A stretch of 64,000 nt of DNA from Okamejei kenojei. Taxonomy: Eukaryota. Every line of letters begins with the position of its first letter. Position 1 is the stretch's first letter. The DNA lies in NCBI GenBank assembly GCA_035221665.1, contig CM069144.1:37944001-38008000 (forward strand). The letters run 5' to 3'. Both the position numbers and the translations under genes were made by a program. The notes under the pieces were generated by a model. The model was given only the letters and a program-made list of their open reading frames with translations, did not search any database and had not been told where the DNA came from. This document shows, in pieces, positions 37,704 through 51,519 of the stretch.

Positions 37704-38411
37704 AGGACTTGTCCCACTTACGCGACTTTTCAGCAAACTGTCTGCAACCTTCAAGCTTGGGGGCACTCGCCTGCAAAACCGTGAGGTGGATCGACCGTCA
37801 GCGATGAACACACACACACACACGCAAACATATCGCAAAGGCGGGGGACAGGGAAAGTGGGGGAGCACTGCCTGAAATTCACACGGTGCAAAGCCAAGGT
37901 GATACCCGCAACGGGGGATGGAGTGAAGGGGGATGGGGTGAAGGGGGATGGAGTGAAGGGGGATGGGGTGAAGGGGTGGAGATACTTTTATGAAGTCAGA
38001 CAACTTTTAATAAGCCAAAGATACGCAGCTTTGTTCTGAAAACCTGTACTTATGTTTTTTTCCCCCCAATGAGCCAATTAAAATGCCCGGTCAGCAAAGG
38101 AGATTACCTACGGCTACCTCGACTACCTACAACGACATGGCGACCCCACTACCACTGTACTACGAGTTCAAAAGTATCGATTTTCTCCATGCCGACCAAT
38201 TTTCACTCGCAGAAAAGTTTTCAGTTTGTTGAAACATTTTCCTCGGCCAAACTGAGCCCGCGAGTAGTGACCACTATGCGGGAACTCCTCTCGACCATGA
38301 AGAAGACTTACCAGTGACGACCTAGGACCATGTGTCAACCATGCTGCATACTTGTGGCGAGTGCAAATTCTCCTAAACTCACACATAAGGTCGCCATAGT
38401 GGGAGAGGCCT
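37704..38411. mobile_element. PIF/Harbinger-type MITE (longer family) inserted in a LINE 3' tail
   Basis: Termini aggacttgtcccacttacgcgac and gtcgccatagtgggagaggcct; interior contains (CA)n and a G-rich 15-mer array. Confidence 0.75.
37913..37979 (+). repeat. 15-bp G-rich tandem repeat (gggggatggRgtgaa) x ~4; potential G-quadruplex
   Basis: Read directly from the sequence. Confidence 0.9.
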
Positions 38412-39460
38412 TAACAGACCCTTCAGCCCAACTTGTCCATGTCAACCAAGTTGGCTAACTGAGTTGATTCTGCTCGTCTGCAGTGGCCTATAACTGGACA
38501 AGTGAGATGCCTGGGTGCTGAATATCACAGACCATTCTATCTAATGGCACTTCTAGCATTCAATCTAAACTGCCCTTGAATGATTAGATCAAACCAGGAA
38601 TAAATCAATTATCTTTTTGAACTTGATTGAGTGATTTAATTTCATTGCATAACATGCAAAACAACGATTTTCACTGTATTCCACTGCACATGACAATAAT
38701 ACACCAATACCAATCCTATACAACTCCTTCCCTGAAAATCCCACATAGCTCAGCCAGAACAGCTGAATTCCCCAGAATTGCTGCTAGTCACTTTCTGATT
38801 TGCCTCTGCCTGGTATCCACTGTAGTATACCCCAGTACACAGGTGCAACTCACACACCATCTCAGTGATAGCTCAGTCCTTTCCTTAATATCCTGATGTA
38901 GCCAGACCTCTCTGCTGCTCTGGTAACCTGCTACCTGTGCTGTTCCTGGTTCTGATACATTTTAGAGCTGATTTGGAATTTGAATCACAAAAATAATGAT
39001 TTTTGATTGGGGCAGGCTGACAGGTGAGAAGAATTAAGCAAAACCTAGAACAGACCAAGAAGAGCCCAAGGAAAGCTGGCTTCCCATCCCCACCATGTTT
39101 CTCAACAAAACTTCTGACATCAAGCAAAAACTGCAGATGCTGGAAATTTGAAACAAAAATAGAAAATGCTGACAGCGCAGAGAACGTTTCAGAGATAGCG
39201 GTTCAGTAAGAGGTGCCTGACAAAGGGTCTTTGGTGAACCATTTTCTATCTCCTCAGGCAAAGCCCAAGCTGCTGAGTGTTTCCAGGTTTTCAGGCATTT
39301 ATAACATCCAGTCTTCTTTAGTCATGGTAGATATTCACAGGTTACCTGTAGAGAACAATCCATGTTCTCACCCACAAACACATCTCTGACAAAGGGGTAT
39401 TTTTAGACAAGTTAAAAGTCAACTGACCAACACTGGTCTCTTGGAACAGATTATTATATC

Positions 39461-39605
39461 ATAATAATAATAATAATAATACATTTTATTTTTAGGGTGC
39501 CTTTCAAGACTCCCAAGGGCACCTTACAATTAGCACAAGCATAAAACAAAAAACACATATACAGCAACAATACACAATTCGGAGAGAGAGCAGCGGCAGC
39601 CAATC
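39461..39605 (-). mobile_element. L2-type LINE/SINE 3' end with (ATT)n tail
   Basis: Minus strand reads tgtaaggtgcccttgggagtcttgaaaggcaccctaaaaataaaatgtattattatt, a stem-loop tail typical of fish L2. Confidence 0.7.
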
Positions 39606-41519
39606 TTGATTTTATTCAGCCTTTAACCAATTCCCATAAAGAGGACCACACAATTCTGGATGTGCTGTACTAATACAGCTGGAAGCACTCGTACTTCTGG
39701 GACAAATGCCCTGTCCTACCCCTTCCACGTATGTTGTGAAACAGCTTATCCACACGCCTGGTTTGTTTTGCAGTCATACATTGTGGAAACAGGTCCTTAG
39801 GCCCAACTTGCTCACACCAACCAACATGTCCCATCTACACTGGTCCCACCTGACTGCATTTGGCCCATATCCCTCTAAACCTGTCTAATCCATGTAAACC
39901 TGTCCTATCCATGTACCAGATAAACAACTTGACCAAGCGTTCACAGCGCCAACATCCAACCCATGGCCTCCATTACATTACAGGCAACTTAAGGAACAAA
40001 AGCTCCGCCCGCCATACCGTCTCCGTTTGTACAGAATTTACAGTTGCTTCATTATTGCTGGATCAAAATCCTGGAACCCACCTTCCTTTGATGTCTCTTT
40101 CCTGACAGCCTGGAGGCAGACAAACAGATAGCATTGGTGCTGGAGGACAAAAGGTACAGTGGACTCATACAACGGCAGATGGGAGCAATAAATGGGCTCA
40201 ATGGGTGTTTGTGACTTTCCCATGCAAGGACTGAATAAAGCAAGGCAAGGAATTCAATGGGCAAAATAACACAATAAGGATCAACTGCTGTGAAAATTAG
40301 GCGGTAAAAGCCTATCGGGGGAAAATGAAAACACTTATCAGTAAGGGCTGAATGTACAAGATGCATCAAACCATACAAAGATTGTAAGGATGCGAATGAA
40401 TTAACAACTTACAATGCAGTGGTGAAGGCGTTTCAAGTGACACATTAAGTCACTCTCCTTCCATGTATAAAATCACAGCATTAGTTCCAACCTACTTATT
40501 CCTTTTTTAACCTCATCACAACAACTGATAATCGAGTCAACTACCAAAATCTCAAAATGTACTTGGAGATACCAGAACCAGGGCCTAACAGTGAGGGATA
40601 GATACAATGACAAGACTAACTAACTAAATCAATTGACTGCCTGACAGGGGACTGAGGGTAGGGGCTGGGGGGTATGGTGGGAGCAGCTAGTAAAGATGAC
40701 CCGTGATCCATGTTCACTCCTGACCTCAGGTCTTATCTGTGTACAGTTTGCATATTGTCCTTCTGACTGCATGAGTTTCATGCAGGTAATTCAGGTGAAC
40801 CCTGCCATATTCAAAGATGTGCGGGTTGGTAGGTTAAATTCTGCTGCAAATTGTCCCTAGTAAAGATAGGTGGCAGGAGAACGATCGGGGAAGCATAAGC
40901 ATGAGAGAGAGAATAGGTTACAGGGAGACGTGGAAAATGAGATTCCTCAATGAGCCAAAGAGCCTGATTCTACATTGGAGAAGAGTATGTTGGAATGTGA
41001 TGATCAGGATGGTCTTGGTGGGCCTTAGGGACTATCTTCAATCCACCATTGGCAACACGCAACACGTCACTACCCAATGAGTACTCAGTGGTAAGATGGG
41101 ACCTCACAGCACATACTGGGATTACATCTGTCTTTCACAGGGCATTGCCATCTACTGTACTTTAAGGGCATGAGGATGGAACAGTTGGCTATTGGCCCCA
41201 GATAGCTGTTCTGCCCTTCAACAGAACCATGCTGATCTTTAACCTCAGTGTCACTTCCTTACATTAACCCCATATTACCTGTTACCTTTAAATTCCAAAA
41301 TCTTATAGATTTTTCTCTTGGATATACTCAGTGGCCGTGTTGCTAAATATTCGGTAACCACAAGAACCACAGGTTCAACTCAATTAATAAATTCAACCGA
41401 ACATCTGGATTGAGGCTCATCAATCACACAGAGGTTCGACAACAAAGTGCAAAATCATCTTTGGCCATGTTTCACGTTCCAAACGTCCACCATTGGCCGT
41501 TCTCCATTTGTCCTGCCCA

Positions 41520-41760
41520 ACAAGACACGTCCCCTATTGCTGGACTAATCAAGCTCCTCGCACCTCCCTTATACAAAGTACATGGATCAGTGGGGTGCAT
41601 GACCCCCACCAACCCACTGTGGATTCCACAATGCAACTTTGGCTCTGTGCAGTTTATTCAAGAGCTGCACATGTCTCTGGAACTTTCCACAAAACATTGC
41701 CATTGCGTCAACACCAGCTCATTGTATGACAACATCCCTAATGGTGCTGTTGTCTTCAAA
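41520..41760 (+). pseudogene. Highly decayed Penelope-type RT fragment
   Basis: LYKVH and VNTSSLYDNIP resemble the PLE RT motifs LPKIHK and DVxSLYTNIP in the expected order. Confidence 0.45.
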
Positions 41761-42249
41761 ATAACAATTATTGCTCACAACTATATTTTACCTTCATTGC
41801 ACTACTTTCCCATGTTTTAAAAAAAGCATACATTTGGATTTACTCTGGAGCATCGGAGGCTGAGGAGGGCCTTGTTCTTGAGCTGTGTTGTTCTATATTC
41901 AATGCTCTTCACAAATTTAACTCAATGGTCAGTCTCTCTGTTACTGGCAATCATAACAGCAGTAACGGTGACCAAGTCTCAGACTCATCAGCCGCCGTTG
42001 GAATAACCTCCACCAATGCCACCTTATCTTGACTCCTGGCAGTAACTTCACACGTCGAGTGCTCTCCAACATCAGGCAGGCTCACTTCAGAAAAATTATC
42101 AACTTGCTCTCATCAACCACTATGGGATTAAATATTAATCTGCATTTCATGGAGTTCTAATTTTCACAATTTCCAGTGATATGTATTTACTATCATTTCA
42201 ATGTCCCTTCTCCATAGCTCCAAAGTACTTTGTGTATCTCAAACTCCAT

Positions 42250-43170
42250 CATGCAAGCTCAATATCGTCAAACCTTTGCATCAGGGACTGGTATTGCCTT
42301 TCCACATTTCCACGGATTACAGGAAGGAGATAAAGAGCTTAGTAACATGCCCCCCACCCCCACCCCCACCCCCTCCCCCCCACCCCCAATGTCACCAAAA
42401 TGAAGGAGCTTGTTACTGTCATAAGGGAGTGGGGTGAATGGGTGACATTTCGGTTTGAGACCCTTCTTCAGACGAGAGTGAAGTACACACCCCAGTCTGT
42501 ATCAATCATGCTGAAGTGGAGATGGGCAAGAGGTTTCAGGATGAATCATCACCAACAATTTGTCCTGGTCCAGTCACATTGAAGTTATGGCAAAGAAAAC
42601 ACATGAATATGTCTACTTTCCACAAGGCTAAGGAAATGTGGCTTGTCTCCGTGAATCTTACCAGTCTCCACAGATGCACTATAGAAAGCATCCTATCGGG
42701 GATACATCGAAGTCTGATAAGTTGCAGAGATTTGCAAATGCAGCCCAGTCCATCACATAAACCATCCTCTCCCACCACTAACTCCATCTACATTTCACAC
42801 TGCCCCAGGAAAGCAGCCAACATAATCAAGGATCATTCACACCCCCAGTCATTCTCTTTTCTCCCCTCTCCCCTCAGGCAGAGTTACAATAAGTGAAAGC
42901 ACATACCATCAGATTTAAAGGAAGCTTCTTCACCGCTGTTATCAGATTTATGAATGGACCGCACATATGTTAGGGATGCATTTCCTGATCTTCCAATCTA
43001 TCTCAGCCCTTGGACTTCTTTTAAATTTGTACTTTCTCTCTAGCTTTAACGCTATAGTCTGAAGACTGTTATTTTTCTCTTTTGGTCCACCAGATGTACT
43101 CATGCATGGTATGATTTGCTTGCATGGCACAATAAATAAAGTCTTCACTTGGTACACATAACCAGTAAAT
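42250..43170 (+). mobile_element. Rex1/Babar LINE fragments with an inserted hammerhead unit (42430-42475, minus)
   Basis: Encodes LTSLHRCTIESILSG and RKAANIIKDHSHP. The insert reads gtctgaagaagggtctcaaaccgaaatgtcaccc on the minus strand. Confidence 0.75.
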
Positions 43171-43849
43171 CAATACTTTCACTTTCAAGCTGGCTTTTGT
43201 GACACGCAACCCAGTTATATTCAGACATGTGTCTTTGGAGCAGGAATAGATCACTGGCTTAACTTCAGGATATTCACATCATATGTGCAAATAAAAATAC
43301 ACCCCAACCGTCGTTGGAGAGTAAGAGTACCTGATTTCTGGGGCACCAGTCTTTTAGTGTTGCGTGCAACATGATACATCATAGCACTCTTCAAATCCTT
43401 CAAAATGTCTTAATCATCTAAGTGTCAGTCCCGGCTTAACCACCGGCATTCTTGCCCCCAAGGCAGCGTGTTTTGGGTTCAAGTTCCACTCCAGAGATTA
43501 GATCAGATAGTCTTTGCTGACAGTTCAATACTGCCTTTTGTAAGATACATTAAACCAAAATTTGGTCTGGGCTTCTTATGTGAATGCAAAAATCTTTTGA
43601 AACTTTAGGAGCAGCTCACCCTGGCCTATATTTGCCCTCTGTGAAAAGAGATATTTGCTTGTTTCCAACACGATTGAGATGGTTTGGATCTTCCTCTCTA
43701 AAAAAGGACATGGTAAAGTGATCCAAAGCCAGTTAAATCTTGCCCAGACACCATTCAGTCATGGCACATCTGAATATTAAAAGATATTGGCAACAGGGTC
43801 GGGAATAAGTTCACTCTCAGTTCCTTCCTCATTTCTGTGTGTGACCACA

Positions 43850-44560
43850 CAATATTACTGTTGTATTTGGTATTAACATTGTTATTGGCTTACTGCTGCC
43901 ACATGTACCGAGATACAGTGACAAACTTTGTTTGCGTGCTATCCAGTGAAATCATACAATACATGAATACTATGAAGCCATGCACAAGTTCAGCAGATAG
44001 TGCAAATAGAAAAATAAAGTGAGTGCAGAATATAGAATTTCAGTGTTCCAGTTACAGAGAAAGTGCAAATAAAAAAATATGCAAGAGCCCCAGTGAGGTG
44101 AAGTTGGAAGATCCTTAGGTCCTTAGGCCACACCCTTAGATTATGAGAGGACCATTCAGTGGTATGTTTACAGCGGGGAAAAGCTGGTCCTGAGTTTGCT
44201 GGTACATGATTTCAAGCTTTTGCATCTTCTGCCTGATGGGAGTGGGTAGAAGAAGGGCTACCCAGGGTGAAAATGGTGCTTGATTATGTCAGCTGCTCGC
44301 TTGAGGCAGCATGAAGTGGAGATGGAATTGATGCAGAGGAGGCCACATCTACAACTCTGGGCAACATTTACAACTCTGCAATTTCCTGCGGTCTTGTGCA
44401 GAACTTTGCTAAACCAAATAGAGATGGAACCTGAGGATGCTTTCTACAGTGTAACTGAATGGTAAGAGTCCTTGGAGACTTGCAGAATTTCCTTAGTTTA
44501 CTGAGGAAGTAGAGGCATTGGTGTGCTTTTTTGTCCGCTTTAAAAAGCTTTTGTCCGCAA
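43850..44560 (-). mobile_element. Rex1/Babar LINE 3' portion
   Basis: Encodes KKAHQCLYFLSKLRKF, matching the Rex1 KKAxQRLYFLRxLRKF motif. Confidence 0.8.
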
Positions 44561-44734
44561 TTTTCCTTCAACAGTAATTAACTGTCTGTAATAACATTGC
44601 CTGATCCGTTGGGCATTTCTTGAAGTTCCACATTGCACAGCTTCTACATATTACTCTGTTTGTGCCTTTCTTGTCTACTAGCCTCATTAGCCAATCAACC
44701 AGATATCCAAAACTTATCACCAAAGCAATGGGCC

Positions 44735-45030
44735 GGGTCAGCACAGTGGCGCAGTGGTGGAGTTACTGCCTTACAGAGACAGAGACCTGGGTTCGATCCT
44801 AACTACAGGTGGTGTCGGTATGGAGTTTGTATGTTCTCCGTGTGGGTTTCCTCCGGGTACTCTGGTTTCCTCCCACACTCCAAAGACATTCAGGTTTGTA
44901 GGTTAATTGGCTTTGGTAAAAATTATTCATTGTTCCTAGTGTGTAGGATAGTGCGAGTGTACGGTGTTGATAGTTAGTTAATGGGCAGTCAGTGGGCTGA
45001 AGGGCTTGTTTCCATGCTATATCTCTATAG
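44735..45030 (+). mobile_element. HE1-type V-SINE
   Basis: gcacagtggcgcagtggtggag...gggttcgatcc head, core and tail. Confidence 0.9.
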
Positions 45031-45104
45031 TCTGAAGCAAACCTGGCCTCACACTATCAAAGATATTCATTCTATTTTATCCACCCCTCTCTGCTATTCA
45101 CACC

Positions 45105-45230
45105 CAACGTCAGTCTGAAGAAGGGTCACGATTCGAAACATCACCTATTCATGTTCTCTAGAGACGCTGCCTGAGACCATGAGTTACTCCAGCACGTATG
45201 TCTTTTATTGGAAACCTGCATCTGCAATGC
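45105..45230 (+). mobile_element. Penelope-derived hammerhead unit
   Basis: cagtctgaagaagggtcacgattcgaaacatcacctattc. Confidence 0.75.
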
Positions 45231-45439
45231 CTATGGGTAATATTGTTTTATCTCTTTCCTCGTTATGGGGGGTGTTCGAGCCATAACATTAACAGTTTCT
45301 CCTTCCACAGATGTTTCCTGATCGCTGAGTGTTTCCAGATGTTATGTTTTTAGTGCAGTTAATGCAATAAAATGAATGTGTCAGGGAGGGACAATCAATA
45401 GCACTGCAGCAGAGAAAAAAAAGATTAAAAAAACAAATG

Positions 45440-46270
45440 AAAGGGGTCCTCTTCTGAATAGTCAAGGCTTCCAGAAAACGACAAATGGATTAATGGTGCA
45501 AGTAGATAATTTGATTAAATAGCCATGCAGATATAGCTGTATGATGTGCAAAGATGACTGAGATTTCCCGAGTAGTTCACACTTTGTAATGGTGGAGAGC
45601 ATCAGAGAGCAATACAGGTTGGCGATAAGGAAGTAGTGAGAGAGAAACTCCTCAGGGGATTGGGAAGTAGAAGCAACTTGGGTGATGTAAGAAATAAGAA
45701 GGGCCCCAAATCATTGGTGGGAATAATCTACAGGCCCTTTCAACAGATAGATAGTTGGAAGGAATGTCAATCAAAAAATAATTGGAGATTTGTAACAAAG
45801 ATTAAGCAATAATCTCAGGAGACTTTCATTTTAATATAAATTAACTTAATAAATTTGGAAAAGGTAACCTTGTGGACCAGTTCAAGAAATGCATTTGAAG
45901 TAATTCCCTGGAACACCTTGTCTGGACCCAAGCAGGGCAAAAGGCAATTTTAGATTCAGTCATGAACAATGAGACAGGATTAATTAGTAATCTTATAGTA
46001 AAATATCCTCTGGGGAACTGTGATCACAGTATGATAGCATTACATATTCAGTATGAAACAAGAGTCTTTGACTTAAATATAGGCAATTACGAAGTTATGA
46101 AGGGCGAGTTGGCGAAGGTAGATCGAGAAATTAGATTATAAAGCACAACAGCAGATAAGCAATGGCAGGCATTCAAAGAAAAAAAATCTGATATTTCAAT
46201 GAATATACATTCCATTAGAAATAAATTCTCCATGGGAAAACCATCCGTGGCTAATCAGAGCAGTTAAAGG
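45440..46270 (+). mobile_element. Old CR1 ORF2 endonuclease-region fragment
   Basis: Remnants of LVGIIYRP, IISGDF, AILDSVMNNE and PLGNCDHSMI (APE SDH motif region). Confidence 0.7.
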
Positions 46271-46289
46271 AATTTGCGAGGCCGCACAG

Positions 46290-46950
46290 ATCCTAGATCA
46301 TTCTACTCAACAACATTCCTCAGGGCCCTGCCATTCACTGTAAAGGTCTTGCCCTGGTTTGACTTCCCAAAATGCAACACCTCACACATATCTGCATTAA
46401 AATCCAATCACAATTCCTCAGCCCGCTTGCCCAAATGATCAAGATCCTGCTGTAATTTTTGATAACCTTCTTCACTATTCATTTTCTAGTTACTCTTTTT
46501 CCCTTAATGTACTAATAAAATCTCTTTGGATGTTCTGCCCCCTTATTGCCCCTCGTGATTTCCTTCTTAAGAATGCCCCTCATTCCCGAAACGCATCCAT
46601 GTATACACTTGATCCCAGCTACCTATACCACTTTTAAAAACATCCCACTTTTCAGACGCTCCCTTGCCCGCAAACAACCTACTCCAAATCCTGTTTTATA
46701 CCATCAAAGTTGGCCTTGCCCCAGCTCTGAATTTTAATATGTAACCCCCCCACACCGCCCTTATCCATAGCAAGGGAAGTTAGGCCAAAGGGCCTGATTC
46801 CACACTGTATCACTTTCCCAAAAGACTCAATCATTCATTTGACCTTCCCAATTTCTTCAGAGTACATCAAGCTCTGCAGTCTCCTCTGTAAGATGTCTGT
46901 GGGACTCTCTATATATTGCCTGAGGAAACTTTCCTGAACACATTTCACCA
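46290..46950 (-). mobile_element. CR1-type fragments in opposite orientation
   Basis: Reverse complements of the gtgtgaggtgttgcattttgggaagtcaaaccaggg and VQESFLRQYIESPT segments. Confidence 0.7.
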
Positions 46951-48316
46951 GGTTACGGAAACAAACTTCACAAGCAGGGACATCCTCTGTTTCAGCAGTC
47001 AAGAGACTTCCACCGGGCATTCACAGATACAGATGCTTGTGCTCCCCGATCCCACCTCATCCACGCACTGCGAGTGGCAGGATGGAGAGCAGAGGGGGTG
47101 GGAGATAGAACAGAGATGAGAGGGGGAAATGGAAAGGGGAACTGCGAGGGAGGTGAAAAATGGGAGGAAAGAATTGTAGGGAGTGAAACTGAGAAGATGG
47201 AAATGGAGGATAGGAAAAGAAAGAGGGGCAGGATAAATGAGAAGGGGGGACAGATAGGAAAATAGAGAAAGGAGCAGAAAGGAAGGGGAAAACAGGAAAT
47301 GGATAAACAGAGGGGAAGGTGATTGAGAGGGAAGTAGGAAAATTAGAGATAGAGGGGAAATTATGAAAACTGGGAATTTGTCCTTCAGGGTGACTACTGA
47401 GAGAAAAAGACAACACCAGGGTCAACATCTACTGCTCTCCAATACTTGCACAAACCAGATTTATGAAAAATTAATGCAAAAAAACAGGCATAAAATGGTC
47501 TCTTTAAATCCAGTTTTAAGTCTCCCAAATCTTGTCAACTGAAACTTAAGCTGACTATAATGTTCAGCAATCCAAACATCCTTTAGGCTGAAAGTGCAGA
47601 GGCATCACGAGAAATTGACAAAGAGGAAATCTCACTCGGTATTGATCAACGAGGAACCAGCTAAATGTAGCAAAGGGGACAGTTGTAATTCAGTGGAATC
47701 CTCACACTGACCAGAGGTCTCTCAGTGATGGACAACTTATCAGCCGACTATTAATCAACCCTTCTGTAATCAACAGAGCCAAGAATTCTCTTGCCAGAAT
47801 GTGAACTATTTCTGGCGCAGGATGAGTTCAAAGAAAAATATTCTGAGGAGAAAGTAAATTATATCCAAGGCACCACAGACCATTACTTTCTGGTGTTTTG
47901 GAAACACATCACTTTGAAGTGCAGTGAAACAGGACTCCTTACTCTCATTCCTCTCAGAAATCTCTGCCTCCAGTGAAAGGAGATCTGGCCCACAGAGAAT
48001 TACAGTTGCGTGCACTGAGACGTTTGTGAAGTTGCTTCAACAGCACGCCTCAAGGGAGCCACAGTTGGATTCCAATGCAGAGGGGGATTAGGAGGCAAGG
48101 GAACCTGTCACAGGTTTACAAACTTGAATGCCGGAGAGTGTGAGGTGCATGCAGCACAAAGATCTCTTTCAAACAGGAAATCATTCCCAGCCATTCCGCA
48201 GTTAGTAGAAGAAATTTTGAATCCTGTGGGGTCTGTTATTTCCTCATTCCAAAGAAAAGCTGAGAGGCCAACAGTGTACCTGGCTTACATCCAGCCTCAG
48301 ACCATGCACAGTGCTG

Positions 48317-48638
48317 ACCCAAGCCCAGACAGAAATCTCCAGACTCTTCAGCACTAACCCAAGACCAGACACAATCTCCCAGACTCATCAGCATTAACCT
48401 GTCCAAATGCAATCACCCAGACCCATCAGCACAAACCCAAGTCCAGACACAATCCCGCAGACTCCACGATATTAACCCAAGACCAGACACAATCTCTTAG
48501 ACTCATCAGCATTAACCCAAGTCCAGACATAATCCCCCAGACTCATCAGCACAAACCCAAGACCAGACACAATCTTCCAGACTCTATCTTATTAGGCCAG
48601 TCCAAACAGAACAACACAGACTCTGCAACACTAACCCA
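48317..48638 (+). repeat. ~40-bp minisatellite, about 8 copies
   Basis: Consensus aacccaagWccagacacaatcYcccagactcatcagcaYW. Confidence 0.93.
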
Positions 48639-48649
48639 CACTTTATCTC

Positions 48650-49780
48650 TAAATTAACAATAAGCATGCAGGGACAATAAAAGGTAACAGAACATCCTGG
48701 AATAAAGGTGTGAAAAGGATCAGTAAAGACAAATGAGACCCCTTCCATGCAGAAACAGAGGAATGTATGATGGGAAATGAAGAGATGGTAGAACAATTGC
48801 TTTGGATCTGCCCTCACAATGTTACAGTTTTAAGTTTGCAGATGGCGCAAAGCAGTCTGAGATACGAAGCGGATGAAAAACAGCCTCCTGAGTGATTCAG
48901 ACAAGTGCATGGTTAATACAGTATAAAGTGAATAGAGTCCATCAAATTCTTAAAATGACACATAGTATGTTGGCCTCACAGCAAAGGGTGTTTTGCTGCA
49001 GTTGGATAACCACCTTCATCTGTGGTTTTGGTCTCTTTATCTGAGGAAGGATGTTCTGCATGGGGCTGCTCAGCAACGGTTCATCAGAGAGATTCATTTG
49101 GCCTCACAGCATCAAAGATCCTGACCTCAGATGCTGCCAGTGTACAGTTTGCACGTTCCTCCTGACAGCGTGGATATCCTCAAGTTTCCTCCCACATCGC
49201 AAGGATACGCCAGTTAGCGGTTTAATTGCCCCTGTAAATTTCCTCTGCAGGGAGGTGATGAGAAAGTGGGATAACATAGAACTAGTGTGAACAGATGATC
49301 AATGGTGAGCATGGATTGGGTGGGTCGATGGGCTTCTTTCCATGCTGTATATTTCAATCAATCAATTTCTGAGATGGCACGTCTATGATGTAGAGATTGG
49401 GATGATTAGGTTTATGTCCACTTGAGTTTCTTAAGAAAGAGAAGGATCCCATTATAACTTCCAATGAGACTAGGCAGACCGGATGCGGGACGGCCGATCT
49501 TGATGGTGAAGAAATCCAGAACTAGGAGTCACCGGCTAAGGAGACCCCCGAGCGGATGGGAAATTTCTTCACTGGGCTTGTGGAATTCTCGACAACAAAG
49601 GTGGCTAAAGTCAAATCTTTGCACATACTCAAGAGGGAGTTAAAGATCTAATGGTTAAATTGATCAAAGGCAAAGTGAGGAGAAAACAGGAGAAGGGTAT
49701 TGAACTTGGATCTTCAGCCATAATCAATTTAAACAGCAGAGCAGACTCAAAGGACTGAATAGTCTGATCCTAATATCTAC
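48650..49780 (+). mobile_element. Very decayed CR1 with a nested SINE (49085-49365)
   Basis: ttttaagtttgcagatggc (KFADD remnant), tccagaactaggagtcac and a 3' tail; SINE core ttcctcccacatcgcaaggat. Confidence 0.65.
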
Positions 49781-51519
49781 ATTTCTGTGTTTTAAAACAG
49801 CATCATTGATAAACACCACTGGACAGAAGCTGCAGCAATATTCTCCGCTGACCCCATCAGTAAACCACAGCCTTATAAATGAGCATAGGCTTCTGCCGGG
49901 CTGGCAGATTGGAGCCATCCTTTGTGTGCCAGACTGGCATGCTTTTGCGACAAGACTTCATGGCAAACATGGGTACCAGGGGGTTAAGGGGAGAATGCAG
50001 GAGAATGGGGCTGAGAGGTAGATCAGCCATGAGTGAATGGCAGAGTAGACTTGATGGGCCGAATGGCCTAATTATACTCGTAAATACCACCCTATGAACA
50101 AACAAGCAGTGCCCCAGTCATTAAGATTCAGACAGACCCCATCATCTCCTTACAAATCATTTTCACTGAATTTGAAATAAAATGGGATCAAACCTCTTTA
50201 GGTGACCTTTTTCTGGCCAAATACCAAACACGTGAATCTAGAAGTTTACAAACATCTATCCATTCCTCGAGGCCAAGTGCTCCTATTCCATACATGTCCA
50301 GCACCCTAGCATAAATGACCCCTTTTCTAATTTTATTTTTAACGTGTCCTTCACATTTCTTCTTTCTCAGTTTTTAATCTCCAATTATCCATTTCAACAG
50401 CAGGAGCAGGAGGGAGAGCAGAACTATTCCACCCATACGATACTGGGACAGCTGTTCGTGTCAATTCATCTCCAACCGGCGGGAATTGCAATGATTTGTT
50501 GTGAGCTCTGGCCTTCTCTACTCCTCCTTCCTCATCGCAAACCCCGTCATTCAGATGGAGTTCTTCATTCTTCACCATGCTTAATTAGACAGCCCAGCCG
50601 TGAGCGAACAGAGCTCATTCAACCAAAAGGAATGAATTGGCATGACAGGCCACTGTGGGACATAAAAATGTCGCAACCTTCTGATTAGGAGTCAAGCACT
50701 TTGCAGGCCCCGCGCCACAAAATCATTGGGGACATGTCAATCTCCCCACTGCCTTAGCTGTCCCCAGGGGAAACATAGGCTTAGGCACAAATTAAATTAA
50801 ATATTAATACAATTAAATATTAATGCCAAACCGAGAGCAGACATACAAGGAACAAAGGTTAGACAACACCTGTCAAGCTACAAGGGACATAAGACGAATG
50901 TCGGAGCTCCGTAAGCACTGCCACTCCTTGATGGGACTACCTCCCCTCATGTTCCTGAAAATGGGAAGGAATTTGTCATCCCCTCCGCTGATTTTTTTTG
51001 TTGTTGAGGATTTCTCATTTCATTTCACTATATCTTTATGAATGAGAGTCAGAGATTGGATCAGCATTGATCCAAATCATCCTTTCATTCTAACACTGCT
51101 GACTCTAGTGATTCTCCAGATTGATCTTGCGATTTACATTTATATTGACCTGAAATGGTGAGGGTTGGTCACTCTGTTAGCCTACTCTGAGTTTTAAGTA
51201 ATCTGGATGCCTGCACCTTTGACCTAATCCCATAGTTTAATTTACAGCTGAATAACAATGGAATTAATGTAAATAAATGCATGCGGTACATAGTGATCTG
51301 ATGGTTTGTTTCTACAGAATAAAAGTGAGCAGAAATTGACCGCTCCACCCCTCAGACCCTATCAATCAATATGATCATGGCTGATCTATACTGACCTCAA
51401 CTCCTCCTCTATCCCTATGCCTGAAACATGGCCAGTTAGTTCACAGCCTTATCCATCAACCATGGTCCCCCAAAGGCACCAGTTCAATACTTTTCAATCA
51501 ATCAATCTACATCAAAACT

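Noticed and set aside
47057-47428. 123-aa S/P/F-rich ORF
   Set aside because: It is the translation of a polypurine/polypyrimidine tract, probably a decayed Penelope 3' UTR.
13051-48340. Scattered CACAGTG heptamers as V(D)J recombination signals
   Set aside because: None of those I checked has an ACAAAAACC-like nonamer at 12 or 23 bp, and there are no Ig or TCR segments.
48317-48638. Minisatellite as a CRISPR array or tandem hammerheads (minus strand has CTGATGAGTC)
   Set aside because: There are no unique spacers or cas genes, the context is eukaryotic, and no GAAA follows the putative stem II.
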